Positions 23,778 to 37,565 of a stretch of DNA of 64,000 nucleotides are shown in pieces; positions within the stretch are counted from its first letter, which is position 1, and each line of letters starts with the position of its first letter. The DNA comes from Antechinus flavipes (lineage: Eukaryota). The position numbers and the translations under genes were made by a program. Under the pieces are notes generated by a model, which was not told where the DNA came from, did not search any database, and saw only the letters and a list, made by a program, of their open reading frames with translations. The DNA is taken from the NCBI RefSeq assembly GCF_016432865.1, contig NC_067401.1, forward strand, positions 283,154,001-283,218,000, written 5' to 3'.

Positions 23778-26700
23778 GAACTAATTGCCTCTGTATACAG
23801 CACATATTGCAGATTTAAGCATCTTATGTATTGTTTTTGTTTTGTTCATATCTATTCCATATCAATATATTATAAACTCACCTATTAGCATGACTCTTGA
23901 AAACCAAAGGCAACTGTAACAAAATCCTTATAAATTCAAAAGTCCTTTATAAGTATTCATTAGCTAAACAGTGAACATATATGAGCCATGTCTATTTCAT
24001 ATGTGCATAGGTGCGAATATATCAACTTATCTACATACATATTTATGTATTTGTATTTACATGTATGTATATGTGCATATTTATACACATAAATAGGGTT
24101 CCAGAAGTTTTGTGCCATTTGCCATATACACTAATTCACAGAAGAACTGTACATAGTAAGCTACATTAAGACTTTTAGAATACCCTATAGAGTAGTAACA
24201 ATTCTATCATCATTACCCATTAACATTAGTTATATATTGAAAAAATGCATGAATTTAAAAAATGAATTATACACAAATGATTGATTTTTATTAACCTTTT
24301 GTTTAACTGTTTTTTCAATAGCCCAAAACAATTTTGCAGTCTGAATAATCAGATCACTGGACTGTATGGAGTTTGTTTTCCTAATAGCTCTTTGTTAAAC
24401 TATTAGATGGAATGGATGGAGAGGAGATGGAAAATTAGATTGGAAAGAAAAAAATTTCTAGTCATAGAAAGAGATACATGAACTTTAAAGTACTTTAAAA
24501 ATCCACATTTAAATACTACTTCTAGGAGTCTTCATATCTTAGAGTTCTTAACTTTTTTGTAGAACTCAATAGATTTCTTTAGACAGCCTGTTGATGCCTA
24601 CTGATCTCATCTCAGGAGAATTTTTTTTTAAGCCAGCTCAGTAGTATAATGGATAGAGCAGTAGCTTTTTCATCAGGAAGATTTGAGCTCAAATATGACT
24701 TTCTACATTTAACAGCTAGCTGCACGATCCTGGAAAAATCACTTACTTTTTGCTTCGGTTTTTTTCATTTGTAAAATGGGGTAATACTTCCTAGAGTTGT
24801 GAAAATAAAATCAGATATTTCTAAAGCTTTTTGCAAACCTTAAAGCATATATAAAATGTAAGTTATTATTGTTGCTGTTAAATGCATAAAATACATTGGA
24901 TTACAAATTCTATTGAAATACAGTTGTTAAAAAAAAAAACACACACTTTTTTTAAGTCACAGAACCTCCAGGTTAAAGACTTACTTCCCTTATTCGAGCT
25001 CATGAAAGGAAAAATCTATATGGAAATGAAAACTATAGGGAATATGCTACATTTGGAACCCAAGGACAGGAACCACGGGATTTTTTGTTTGTGTATATAT
25101 GTGTCTGTGTGTCTCTATGTATGTTTGTGTGTGTATAAAAATCACATCTAATTGGTCGAGATTAAGGTTTATGGAGATGATGATATAGCATCAAAATTAT
25201 AACATTGTGAATGCCAGGTTAATTTTTAAACTTAACTGTTAACTTTCCTAAAGAGAATGTCAGTTTATTCCGTTAACTGCTCATTTCTCTGAAAGTAGTT
25301 GTACATTCCATTCCTTTGATATAAATGAAAGGCAAGCAAGACATGGCTTTTTATCTCTTTATATATGTTCTTTGTCTTCAAAATTAGATTGGAAGGCTCT
25401 TGAGGACAAAGACTGAGTCTTAAATCTTTTTGTATCCCAAAAGTCTAGCAAAGGATTCCAGATAAGGAAGATGCTAAATAAATGTTTAGCAGTTATTGGA
25501 AACAGTCCCTAAATTACACGTTTTAACAATATTTTTCTTCTTTTTTTACATTTGATCTATAGCTTTTCCAAAGAAAATACAAAATCAAAGTAGCCTCTAA
25601 ATTAAAAAAAAAAAAAGACGAAAAAACTACTTTGTATTGAGGTCGCAAGGACCATTTGTGAATCATCCATTCACCGAATAAACATTTATTAAATACTTGT
25701 CATGTGCCAGGCACTGTTGTGGGTGTTAGATATAAAAAGACAAAAAAAGGAACCAATTCCTGTCTTTTTAATGGGGGTGGGCAGGGGTGACATCACCTAA
25801 TCAGATAAATTAATATGAAATACTATAGCGGGGGTGGGAGTCCTAGCAACTGGAAAAATTAAGGAAGTGGCATTTGAGCACAGCCTTGAAGGAAGATAGG
25901 GACTCTGAAGCTAAGATGAAGAGGAAGTATATTCCAGACATGGGAGACTGTCTGATACAAAGGCAGGAGGAGGTAGGAGATGCAGTGTCACTTACAGAAA
26001 GCATCAAATAAGCCAATTTGACTAAAATGTAAACTGGGTGATGGGGAATAGTATTATGTCCAATTCCTTAATTTTACAAATAAGCAAACTGAGGACCAGA
26101 GAGAGGATTTGACTTGTCCAGGGTCACACAGATAATTAGCAGGAGGGTCCTGTCCAGACATCAGATTTCTTGATTCCTGTTCCAATGTTACTTGCACCGG
26201 GATCCTACTAAACAGGCATTTCACAACATATTATTATGTATTGGAGCCTTCGCATCTGGGGTTCTTATGAACATGTGTCTCAACAGTTGCCTAAGATTGA
26301 TGATTAAATGTGATGATGTCTTGAATAAAATGATCCCCATCTATGAAACACCATTCTGTATTCATAACTAAAGTCTCAAAAGGGTTTCCCTTTGAGTCTG
26401 ACAGAAACTTTTTGGTATTAACATGTCTATTAAAGCAAAGCATTGTACCTGAGAGTAGGCAATCTTTCACTTCAGTGAGGTAGATTCATCTCCTAGTTAA
26501 ACATTCAGTCTTCAAGGTCTGTGGGAGCTAAAAGCATTGGAAAAGTCAAGGAGAGTGTGTTTCTGAGGTAGAAGTGACTTAGCCCTTCTTTCTAGATGGA
26601 GATACTGCTGGGTAAATGTGTTTACCTTTTTGTTCCTAGTATTTATACTACTTAATGTGTTGCACCAGATAAATTGACTTCCTGAGTCTGTCTTTCAACT

Positions 26701-26789
26701 TGTTCCCTTCCCTCCTTGCTTGACAAATGGTCTGAATTTGACAGTTTATCAGTTGAGCCCCTGCTGGGTACTGCCTGCCTGCTTGCTCA

Positions 26790-29100
26790 GTATATATCTT
26801 TAAAAAAATTTTTTTTTCAATAATCAAGCATTCTTTTTTCCCCCTTCTACCTCCTCCATCCATGGAGGGAGAAGAGGGATGATAAAAAGAAATACAGAAC
26901 CTTTCAATCACAAAAACAAATTAAGCAAAACAAATCTCTCTGTGGATCGCATCCAAAAATGCATTTCTTCTATATTTTGACTTGTCGATAGGGACTGCTT
27001 TCTTTGTCATCAGGTCTCTGGAATCATAGTTGACAAGGTTAATCTCTTTTAGGAATTTTGAGATTGAAGTATAAATTATTCTACTGATTTTTCCCATTTC
27101 ACTTTGCATTAATTCACACTGTCTTTTTCAAGCCATCTTTTTCTATGAGTTGTAAAAATGATAATTGTTTCTTCTTTGTGTATGTTTGTAATTTTCCATT
27201 TTTTTCATCTTTTATTGATTAATAAGGTAACATTTCTAGTATTTTGTCAAGTAGTAGTGGTGAATATAGACTTTTTTTTTTGCCCTAATAGAAAGGATTC
27301 TAATTTAACCTCAAAACATGTTGGCTCTTGGTTTTTGGTGAATGTTACTTATGTTAAGGAAAGATCTACTTATTCTTGTGTTTTCTAGGGTTTTTAACAG
27401 AAATGGATGTTGGATTTTGTCTTTGTATCTATTAATTTAACTATGATTTTTGTTGCTGTTCTATTAAAATGGTTCACTACATTTTTTATTTCCCTAATAT
27501 TAAACTAAATCTATTTTCTGGTATAAATGCCACCTGTTCATAATGTATAACCTTTGGTATTATTTTTAGTCTCTTTGCTAATTTTTAAAATTTAAAATTA
27601 CTCTCCTTTATTTCTTCCTTTCTCTTCTTTCTTTTCCTTCCTACATAATCTTGCTGAGTTGGACAAACTCTTTAGGTATGTATATTTGTGTGTAAGCTTG
27701 GCACATGGAGGTTTTTAACAAATAGCTTATTGACTGACTACTCTGTCCATGTTTATATAAACTTATACTTATATACCTGATTGTTCAAGATAAGTTCCCA
27801 CATATTCCTTCCATTCCCCCCTCATGTATCCTTTCCTCCTCATTTTTCTTTGTTCTTACATTATCAAAATCTAATAAAGCCATTTTTAAATCTTCCATCT
27901 CATTTAAGAACTTCTGTGATACTTGATGTCTTTAAAATTCTAAAGAACCCTTTATCATCCTTTCCTCCCCCCTTAGAATGTAAATAATTCATTCTTATAA
28001 GTTCCATCTGATTATTCACCTATACTCAACTTTTTATTTTTCTCTTGATTCTCATATTTATATTTCAAAGTTCCTACTCAATTTCAAGTTTTTTTCATTA
28101 GGAATATTGAAAATTCTCTATTTTTATGAAGATTCATTTTTTTTCTTTGGAGTATTATACTCCATTTTGCTAGATAATTTATTCTGGCTTGTAGGCCTAC
28201 CTATATCTTTTGTCTTTTTGCAATGTCTCATTCTGTGTTCTAAGTTCCATATTTTAATTCTTTCTTTCTGACTGCTTATATTGTTTTTTCTCTGACAAGC
28301 TCTAGATTCTAGTAAGGCTGTTCCTGGATTTTTCATGTTGGGGTTTCTTTGGGGAGTTAATTAGTGGTTTCTTTCTTTTCCCCCATTGCTCATTATTCTA
28401 ATGTTTGGACAAGTGTCTTGTGATTTATTTGAAAGATGGGTATCCAAGTTTTTGTTTTGATTATAAATTCTAAGTAGCCCAATGATTCTTAAGTTACTTC
28501 TACTTTATCTGTTTGCTGGTCATTTGTTTCTGATATGAGATATCTTGTATTTTCTTTCTAGTTTTTAATCTTTTGACTTTATTTTAATATTTCTTATTTT
28601 TCCTAGTCATTGCCTTTCTTTAGTCCATTCTAATTTCTAAGTTGATAACTTCTTTGAGGCTTGGCAAAGAGAAGAGGTTCTCTTTACTTCTTAGTTCTTT
28701 TCAAATTCTGTCCTCTCATTCTAATTTCATTTTATAATGTTATTTTAAACTTTTAAAATGTATATAATTTTCTTCTAGGAATTCTTATTTGTCTCATTGG
28801 TAAGCTCTTTTTCAAGGGTTTAATTATTCACTTTTTAAAAACTTATTTTCTCTAGTATTCTCGAGTATTTCTGGTATTAAAAAAATCCTTTTTATTTTCT
28901 TTTTTGTTTGTTTCTTTACTCATTTTTTGGTGCTTGCATCTTAAGAACTAAGTTCTAGGCCTTCACTTTTCTGGGAATCAGAATAATTTGAAGTTCTTTT
29001 CTTCACCCTAGGTGTGTGTATTGGGGGAAGGGGGCATCTTTCATCCAATTCCCCCTTTTCCTTAGAGTCAAAATTAAGTTTTTTATTTTCAATTGTAAGT
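26790..29100 (-). mobile_element. Old fragmented L1/HAL1-like element
   Basis: 3'UTR-like segment (~26790-27100), ORF2-like segment (GATGTTGGATTTTGTC, ~27140-27600) and ORF1-like segment (~28050-28900), in the order expected for a reverse-strand L1. Confidence 0.55.
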
Positions 29101-32100
29101 ACCTTTCTTTCATCTCTGATACCAAGATTTCCATCTTCTTCAATGCTCAGCCTGAATTGAAGCCCTTTTAAACAAGAAGGAGGAAGGAGAGGGTTTTTCT
29201 TTAATAAATAGGTCATCCTTCTCTGATGGAATGGACTTAATTCCTCAGGAGGGTGGAAGGGGGGAAGTAGGAGGTGGGTGGAAGGCTGTAGGAAGTAGGG
29301 ACTTTTGATTTAGTTCACTTTTTCTTTTATCATCAGCTAAGCCACCTCCACTTTTTTTCTCCCTCTAAAAGCAACCAGTAGCCTGAACTGAGGCTTTTCA
29401 TTTTTATTCCCTTGGGGTATTTCTTGGCCAGAGGTTTCACTTTTGTCCCTTGTGGGATCTCTTTTTTCTGAAACTTTCAATTTCACTTTTGTCCCTTTGG
29501 GGATCTAGTTCCAATATCTAGCACTTGTCTAGAGGAGTAAATGTTATGGTAAGTGGACTGTTGTGTCATGTAGGAAGGGAGAGAATAGAGCTGTATCTTT
29601 TATCCATTTTGGTTATTCCCATATCGCAAAAAAAGTGAATAATCTGCAATATTTTGTTTCTGAAGTGGGAAGGAGTACAAGCGCTGGTCCCTCTCAGAGG
29701 GGGCAGGCTTATGTGATAAGAAGGGTCTTTCCTTCATTCCTTTACAAATTCCACATGTTACAGCACAGAAGGTATCTAAAGAGCTTTTATCTTTTACCAC
29801 ACTGCCTTATGCTGAGGAGAAAATAGCTTCAGTATTCAAAATAGGATCAAACTATAGCACCATTTTTTTTTCAGTTTTGTTCCAAAGACAAAAGTTAAAT
29901 TTGCATTGTGGTCATTTTGGTGTCTCTAATGGTGACACAAGTTACTGAAAGAGAAGAGAAAATGAATAACAGAAACTTGGTCACAGGTGATTGTTGGCAA
30001 GGTATATTGAAAAAATTATCTTTAGGTTCTATAAAACTCCTGTAATCCTGGGGTTTGGGGAAGAGAATGATGCTGAATTGTTGGAGCATGATAGTCCCTC
30101 GAGGGTTAAGAGGCTAAAGGGGCTGGGATAAAAAGAAGAGAAAGGAGTCAGTTCTGGCTGGGATCCTATCTGAAAACCCTTGGTGGAGAACATAAGGCCA
30201 TAAACCCTATCTTCAGTTCTTATTCCATTTGTTCCCATTTATTCTAGGATAGGAAGGTTAAGTTAAGCAGAGAGGCCACTGAGTGAATGATACAGATCTC
30301 TAGAACTATTAAAATGTTGCTAATGCTTTCTGTTTTTACATCCCAATTGTTTCTGGATATAATCCAACCAATCAATCAAAAAAGAGCCAAACAAAATTTA
30401 GCAGATTCAGGAACAGTCTGATGGAATATACAACATTCAACCCTTCTCATGGTTTTTAATTATATTGACAGCTTTTATTTTATCCCAGAATCCTTATTAT
30501 GAAGTACAGTTTATGTGATCGTAGATCTAGAGAGAACATCCAAAGCCATGTAGTCCAAGCACCTCATTTTATAAATAAGGAAACTGAGGCCCCAGGGAAA
30601 TTATGTCAATTGTTGAAGGTTGTAAATCTCAAAAGTAGGATTTGAAACCAGAGCTTCTCTGATCCCAGAACAAGGGCTCTTTCTATTGTTCTGCAATTCC
30701 TCCAAATTGTCAACTCTGTAAGGCTAGCCAAAATGGTGATTGGAGAGACATTGATGCAGAGGTTGCCCACCTAACCATTTAACCAGGAAAAAGGCTTCAC
30801 CTGCAACCAAAGGCAGATGGTTTTTTTGTTTGTTTGGGGTTTTTTTTTGGTGTGTGTGGGGTTGATATGCAGACATTAGTTGGGGAATCATGTAGACAGA
30901 AGCAAGTCACTAAACTGACATTCAAAGAGCAATCTGTTAGGTAAGGATTCTATCCTTTTAGCAGCGGCTGTGTGAACATGAATACCGTGCTCTTGTTCCA
31001 AGTAGCTGGTTGTGACAATATAATTAGGGGGACAGTGTCAGCTGCAAATGGAACCACTGGGGCATCTCCTCCTTGCTCGTATGAACACAGGGGAAGTTGG
31101 CAGCTCGGAGAGATCTAGCGATTGAAACGTCAACGTGGCTTGCTCCCACTGGTGGAGCCGAAGGTGGAGGGACGCTTGAATCTGGGATTGCTGTGCCAAA
31201 CTGCTTGATTAGCTGTTAACTGCGGATTAAGGCCAGCATTGTCTGCAGTTCCAGCATTCCTGATTGGGCTGGTGCCTTCCTCTCCCTCTCCCTCCCCTCC
31301 CCCAAGGAGAAGGGAAGTTCGGCAGGAAAGGGGGCCAGATGGGGAAGAAAACTGTTCTCTAAAGGCCATCTCTAGGAAGTAGGTCAGGTACTTCAGAGAT
31401 TAAAGGAGCACGCTTCATCCCTGCGTGCTAGAGGCCTGCACAAGGAGCGGGACAATTAGGAGGAATTAGAAGGGCAACAAGTAGCCTAGATTTATCTGCT
31501 TTAATTGTCTATTGTCAGGAAAGAGCTCGTCTTAGAGATCACGGCTGCTGCCTGAATGCTAATACCTTTAATGCACTCTCCTTTGGGGAATGGGAGTCTC
31601 AAGGGCTGCTCTCCTAAAGGTGGGTTTGAGGTGAATGCCTAGAAGAAAGTACCTGAGGCCCAGGATGTAACTAAAGATTCTCTTTCTTTACCTGTACCTG
31701 AAGTGGCGGATTGGGGGGGGGGGGGGGGGGTGGGGAAAGGGGGAAGATCAGGAAGAACCTAGTGAACATTAACCCTTTACTGCCTCTTCTTCGATGAGTT
31801 CCCTCAGGAAACAATAGACTGCTGATAAAGACTAGATAAGCCCGGATTCTGAGTCTCAGAGAGACTCCACACTGTCTTCCTTTAAAAAAGGTTTTCTGGG
31901 TCCTGTGAAATAGACACTAGATGAAAGAAAGATAAAATGTCATCTTTTAAAGGAGAAATTTTTTCAATAAATTATTCATTGGGTTACTTTTCCTTACTTT
32001 CTCAATCAGCAAACACTTATTAAATACCTCACAATGTGTCAAGTTCTGTTCTAGTCAAGACAAATATAATGAATGAAAAAACAAAAACCATACTTGAAAG

Positions 32101-35100
32101 TCTTACATTCTGACTGTGGTGCGTATATACGTGCAAAATTTTGTAAATTGTCTGGTTTCCTTGACAAATATATACATGAGTACAGAATAAATATGAAGAA
32201 ATTACTAGGTGGTTTGAAAGAGAGGATACCTGCAGCTGAGGACTTCAGGAGAGACTTTAGGTAAAATCTGGTGGTGCTCAAGGTGTATCTTTAAGGAAAA
32301 GGAAATTTGAGGAGAGGAGTTGATAAAGAAGGGCTTTTCAGGCTGGTAGGAGCTACCATTCCAAAGGCAGGGGAAAAGTGCTTCTTGGGAAGGAACAAAA
32401 TGGCCAGTTTGGCTAAAGAGCATAATTTAGGAATAAGGGAAATAAATATAACTGAAAATCTCGGTTGGATGAGGTTGCGAAAAGCTTTTAAAAGCTAACT
32501 CAAGGTGTTTCTGTTTGATTCTAGAAGCAGTAGGAAGCCTGTGGAGTCTGAGTAGGGGAGTGAGTTGATTTGAAAGGTGCTTTTAAAAATCACTTTGGCG
32601 GCAAAGTAACAGACCAACCGAATGAAGAGTGGCTTGTAAGAGACTCATCCCAGAGATTAACTGATACGATTCACTTCTCCCCACCAACTTCATCACCACT
32701 TCCCTCCCTCCCCAAACTCACCTCTTTCCCGCCTCCTTATTCTTTTTTCTTTAAATGTCGACAGTTTTGCATACAAACGGTGCTATAAAAACCTTTGATA
32801 GAGTGTACCCTCCTTGAGGTCAGAGAATGGGGTGGGGGAGTTGCATTTCTTTGTGTCCCCAAAATTTAGCTTGGTGCCTAAAGCTTAACGAGCCTTTCTG
32901 GTAGCTGGCTCCAGGGCAAGATCTTTTGTTTTTGTCTTTTATATTCAGTGTTTGACTTTTCCTCAACTACTGTATGCTCGTATAACCTGTTAACCCAGTG
33001 TTTTGGCACTAGGAAAGGCTAAATGAATACTTTGTCATCTATTTATTCAAAATATCATACTTTAAAAAAACACCCAAATTTTTGTTTGCTAAACATTATG
33101 AAGTTCTAATTATGTGCTAGGGTTAGAGAGCAAAAAATGAAAGATAACAAGCTCCTATTTGAAAGTAGCTTATAATCAGACAGTAAATTTGGACTGGAGA
33201 AAGTATAGGAAGTAGAATAACCACCCCTAAAACCATCATAAACCTTCTCCAACTTCAACTAGGGAATAAAGAAAAGTAAGCTAGAAATGGACTCCAAGAA
33301 AGTAAGACATTTCACTAAAAGTGAAAAATTTGCATTAGATGATTATTTCTAAAGTCTCTTTCAGTATTAAGTCTGATTTTCTCTATTGAATTTATATCAC
33401 TGGTTCAGTCACTAGCCCAAATCTTCCTATAATGTGGAAATTTTCTAAGAAAACATTGCCCCTCACATTTTAAGGTCGAAAACCTGGGGATACTTTTGAT
33501 AGTCACTTAGAGTAAGCTGTTCTGCTTTCTGGGGATTCTCTGCTTACCTGTATAAAAATACTCTGCAGTGTCCCTTGGAGCTTCTGTTGTTCTTCTTAAA
33601 ACCTAATGCTATCCCCTCAATTACATCAGCATAGGATAAATGCCCTTGTACACAGACTTCCTTTTCTCCTTCCTGTGGGTCAGCTCTTCCTCCAAAAGTC
33701 ATTCTCACATTCCAGTGAAAAGACTAATAATAATCATTAGACTACAATATATATACTTTAGAGACTGCAAAAAAGGCTTTATATACATTATTTCATTTGA
33801 TTCTCTCAACCCTGTTGGGCATTACTGCTATTAGAATAAGGATTGGACCTGTGATTTCATGGGATATAAGAAGATCTCCTATGTGGAAACTCCTGTCAGT
33901 ACAATTATAATTTATAATGTTTGAAAATTGCATGGAGCACTGAAAAGTTAAGTGAAGTGACTTGCCAGAATCCTAGAGCCATTGATGGTCCTAAAATCCA
34001 TTTCTTCTTGAAGGTCACTACTATATATTATCTCTCCCTGATGACATTATCCCCATTTTTGGGTGATTAAATTGAGGTCTGAGAGCTTAAGGAATTTAAA
34101 GAAAGTATCCTGGTACAGTAGGAAAAACAATACTGATTCTGGAATTTAAGGATTTAAATTAGACCTGGATTTAAGGCCCTGTCACACACTACTATGTAAT
34201 CTAAGAGAAGGAAAAAAAAAGTTACTTTAGATGATCTTTTGAGGTTCCTTACATCTCTGAATGTATAATTCTATACCTTGTCACTAAAAAGTGTTACAAG
34301 TCTTATTTGAACCTAATTCCAATCCATTCATTAGTCACAGATGCGGAATTTCTAAAACCCAGAGAGATGGAATGATTTGTTCAAATCTATGTATAGTTAA
34401 TTAATGACAGAACCAGGACTAGTATCCAGATCCCCAGAGTCCTAATTCCAAAGTCCTAATTTCTATTATACCAAACATGGGAGTTGGAGTGGAGGGGAAG
34501 GGGGCTTGGAACGAAGCACAGGGGGAAAAACATTCTAGATGGGGAATCTAGAATTTACTAGAGGGCAAAATCATGCACCCAAAGTCTCTGGGGTGGTTAA
34601 ATGCCAGAGAAAAGGATTCAAACTCAAATTCTCTATAAAGGTGAAGTGGTTATGCCATTTTATAGATGTCTTTCTCTAGTTCTGACCTAATACTAGGTTA
34701 TAAACTCCTGGAGGGTAACACTGTTATCTTCCTTCTTTTTCTCTCCAAATACTTTGCATATTCTTGGTGCTGAATAAATGTTGTATTGAATTGATCTAAA
34801 AGATTGCTAAAAAGCTTCTTTAAAAGAAAACTTTTGGCACCTCTCTTGAAGTACCCTTTGTATACAAAACTGTAGACATTTCAAAGAAAAAATAGCCGTT
34901 ACCCCAAAAATGGGGTGGGTGAAGGGGGGAGGGTGGGGTTACTGAGGGTTCTGGGAACCCTTGTCCCAAACAATTCCTCTTTCCTTCCTGTGTAACTTGG
35001 AAGGGGAAAAAAATTGACGAAAGTAACCCACTTGCTATTCACTGAGGAAGAAAAATAACTTTTGAAAGTTGATAGATTATTCTTTTACCTGTTGAGGGCT

Positions 35101-36189
35101 GTGTGACTATCTGCCTGTTCATATAGCTCATTGGTGTTTGCTTCTGAAACTCAGGAAATCTTTTAATAATGAAAACAATGTTTGTGACTCAAGATCTTAA
35201 CCTAATGTCAGACTTATACTTAGAACAACCCCTAAAAATAGTTCTGGGATACATTAAAAAAAAAAATCTAAGTAGGTCCTTTCACTGGTCACCGATTACC
35301 TGTGTGACTGTGGGCAGATAACTTCTCTGGGTGAGTTTCTTCATTTGTGAAATGAGTACATTAGATTAGTTGAACTATGGTGATTCTGACTCTATACCTC
35401 GTCAGGGGAAGAGGGATAGGAAGGCCTGGTGACTTCTAGTTAGAGCCTCTTTTGGGCATCTGGAAATTGGGCAATGCCCCATTATCATTACAAGCCCAGA
35501 AAATCCCATATTCTTTTATTCCCAATGTTCAGATTTATTTTGGCCTCTTTTTTTTTTTTTTTTTCCTAAATAAAGTGAAAGCTGGTTTCTCAGCTTTGGC
35601 TCCTTTCTCTTTAGCTTCCCCTTGTTTAGCCTCAGTAGTCTTAAACCTTAAATGATTTCTGGAATTCACTTTTTCACTTCTTTCTTCCTCCTTGGCTCAA
35701 GCAAAAGATCATAGAATTAGAGGTCATTCAGTCCAAACACCTTATTTTCTAGACGAGGAGTCTAGAATTTACCTGGAGGGTAAAATGATTCACCTCAAGT
35801 CACTGGGATGGTTAAATGTCAGAGACCCGGATTCAAACCCAAATGAGGATCCTTCCTAATCCATTCCCCTTTTCATTTTAGCACCACCCTGACTCTTAAA
35901 GTAATACAATGAAAAGATTCTGTAGCCATTAATCACCCAAGGTGTAATTTTTCCCCCCTTCATTCACTTTTTAACAAAATCTAAATAACTATTGCGTACC
36001 TATATTTATCTAAAAGAAAAGGGGAAAACTCTAGACTTGTCTGTAGGAGACAGAGAATATCAAATTGGAGATAAATATTGAGTTATAATTTATGTTTATT
36101 CCACATAATCAATTTACCCAAGTCCCAAGACAAAAGTAAAAAACACAGGTAAACTTCTTTAAAAAGATGATGGAACAATGTATTCATGG

Positions 36190-36480
36190 ATATAATGTCT
36201 ATGTACACCAACATATTATGTCTTATGTAATATATACATATTATGTATTATGTACTATATGAGATATACTAGGTAAAGATATGCACGTATTTAATGATAT
36301 ATAGTAATATTTATATTAATGTATTTGTTTATTTAATATGTATATTATTATATGATAGAGGATTATAAATGTATGCTCTATATACATAAATATATATGAA
36401 TACATTATATGTAAATTACATACTTATATGGTAGGGGAATATATATATGAATGTCCTATGTATGTCTTGTAACATAAATA
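36190..36480. repeat. TA-rich low-complexity tract
   Basis: Direct reading. Confidence 0.85.
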
Positions 36481-36806
36481 TTATGCAATAAGTTTTTGCA
36501 AAAAAAAATTAATACTGAGATAGTATATAAATTAAATTTTGCAAATTTAAAAAAAGCATTTTTCAACGAGTACAGGAAGCAGTTTAAGGAGAATATCAGC
36601 TTTGGTCATTGATGGTGAGCTGTAATGCCTTCTTCTTGATGTGTCCTAGGAAGGAGTTGAACCTTCATAGCTGACTTACAAGGCCAGTATTTTGGTTCAA
36701 TTACTTGGATTCTTCACTTAGGTTTTAATATATAGTTTTCAAATAATCCGGCAAGAGGCATAAGGCTAGGATGCTTTAAAAAAAAATTCTTCTAACCAGC
36801 ATATAT

Positions 36807-37565
36807 GGAGTATCCCAAAAGTCTTAGTGCAGTTTGAAGCTTTAATAATTTCTGAAATCTAAATGTTATAAATTTACCCAAAAAATAACTACAGATTTTA
36901 GTTATTCACATTTCTTTTATGTTTATTTGTGCATTTTGAATAGTTAATTTTAATATACTAGCTTACCATATTATTATATATCATATATGCCATTGTGGAT
37001 TATATTTTTGGAGGTGGTGGATCAATAGAGGAGATTCTCTTATCTGGTCACTTTACTCACCTAATCTATCTTCATCAAACTCTTTCCTTCCTGATCACAA
37101 CTTTGTGGTCAGTATTATCATTCTCTGGATGATCCTATTGATGGGTTCCCAGCCCTTATCCCCAGAATTTTCAATATTAAAAAACTCTCCCAAACTTCCT
37201 CTAAAAGATAGATTCTCTTAGAGACTAGTTTTTCAGCTATAATATTAATAAAGTCTTTTGTGACTATAAGAGAATCTCTCTGAATTCTTTCAAACAAACA
37301 TGAACCATGATTCTTGAACACTTCACTATGGCTACTATTACAAGTTCAGTCCTTTTAGTCCCTTGACCCACAGCTGATGAAAGTTTTTACATATTTTGAA
37401 AATTGACTAAAATGATGTATAGCACAAGACATGTTGAATCTTAATTAAAATTCATATTTTAATATATAGTTAACATTTCAAATGATGTTTTTGTACATTT
37501 GTAATACTTATATTTTTGGTCTTATTTACAGCTTAAAACTGTACTAAGACTTTGGAGGATGCCTC
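36807..37565. mobile_element. Tc1/mariner-type MITE with ~35-bp terminal inverted repeats
   Basis: Left end GGAGTATCCCAAAAGTCTTAGTGCAGTTTGAAGCT (36807-36841) is the near reverse complement of right end AGCTTAAAACTGTACTAAGACTTTGGAGGATGCCTC (37530-37565). Confidence 0.75.

Noticed and set aside
31713-31745. G-runs / G-quadruplex-like tracts (also ~10075-10096, 34911-34940, 38009-38040, 50162-50193)
   Set aside because: Homopolymer G tracts are common here and error-prone in assembly; no positional argument for function.
35573-35583. PRDM1 consensus site AAGTGAAAGCT (autoregulation); partial cores at 41404-41412 and 56186-56196
   Set aside because: About one such match is expected by chance in 64 kb of AT-rich DNA on both strands, so it is uninformative without conservation or ChIP data.
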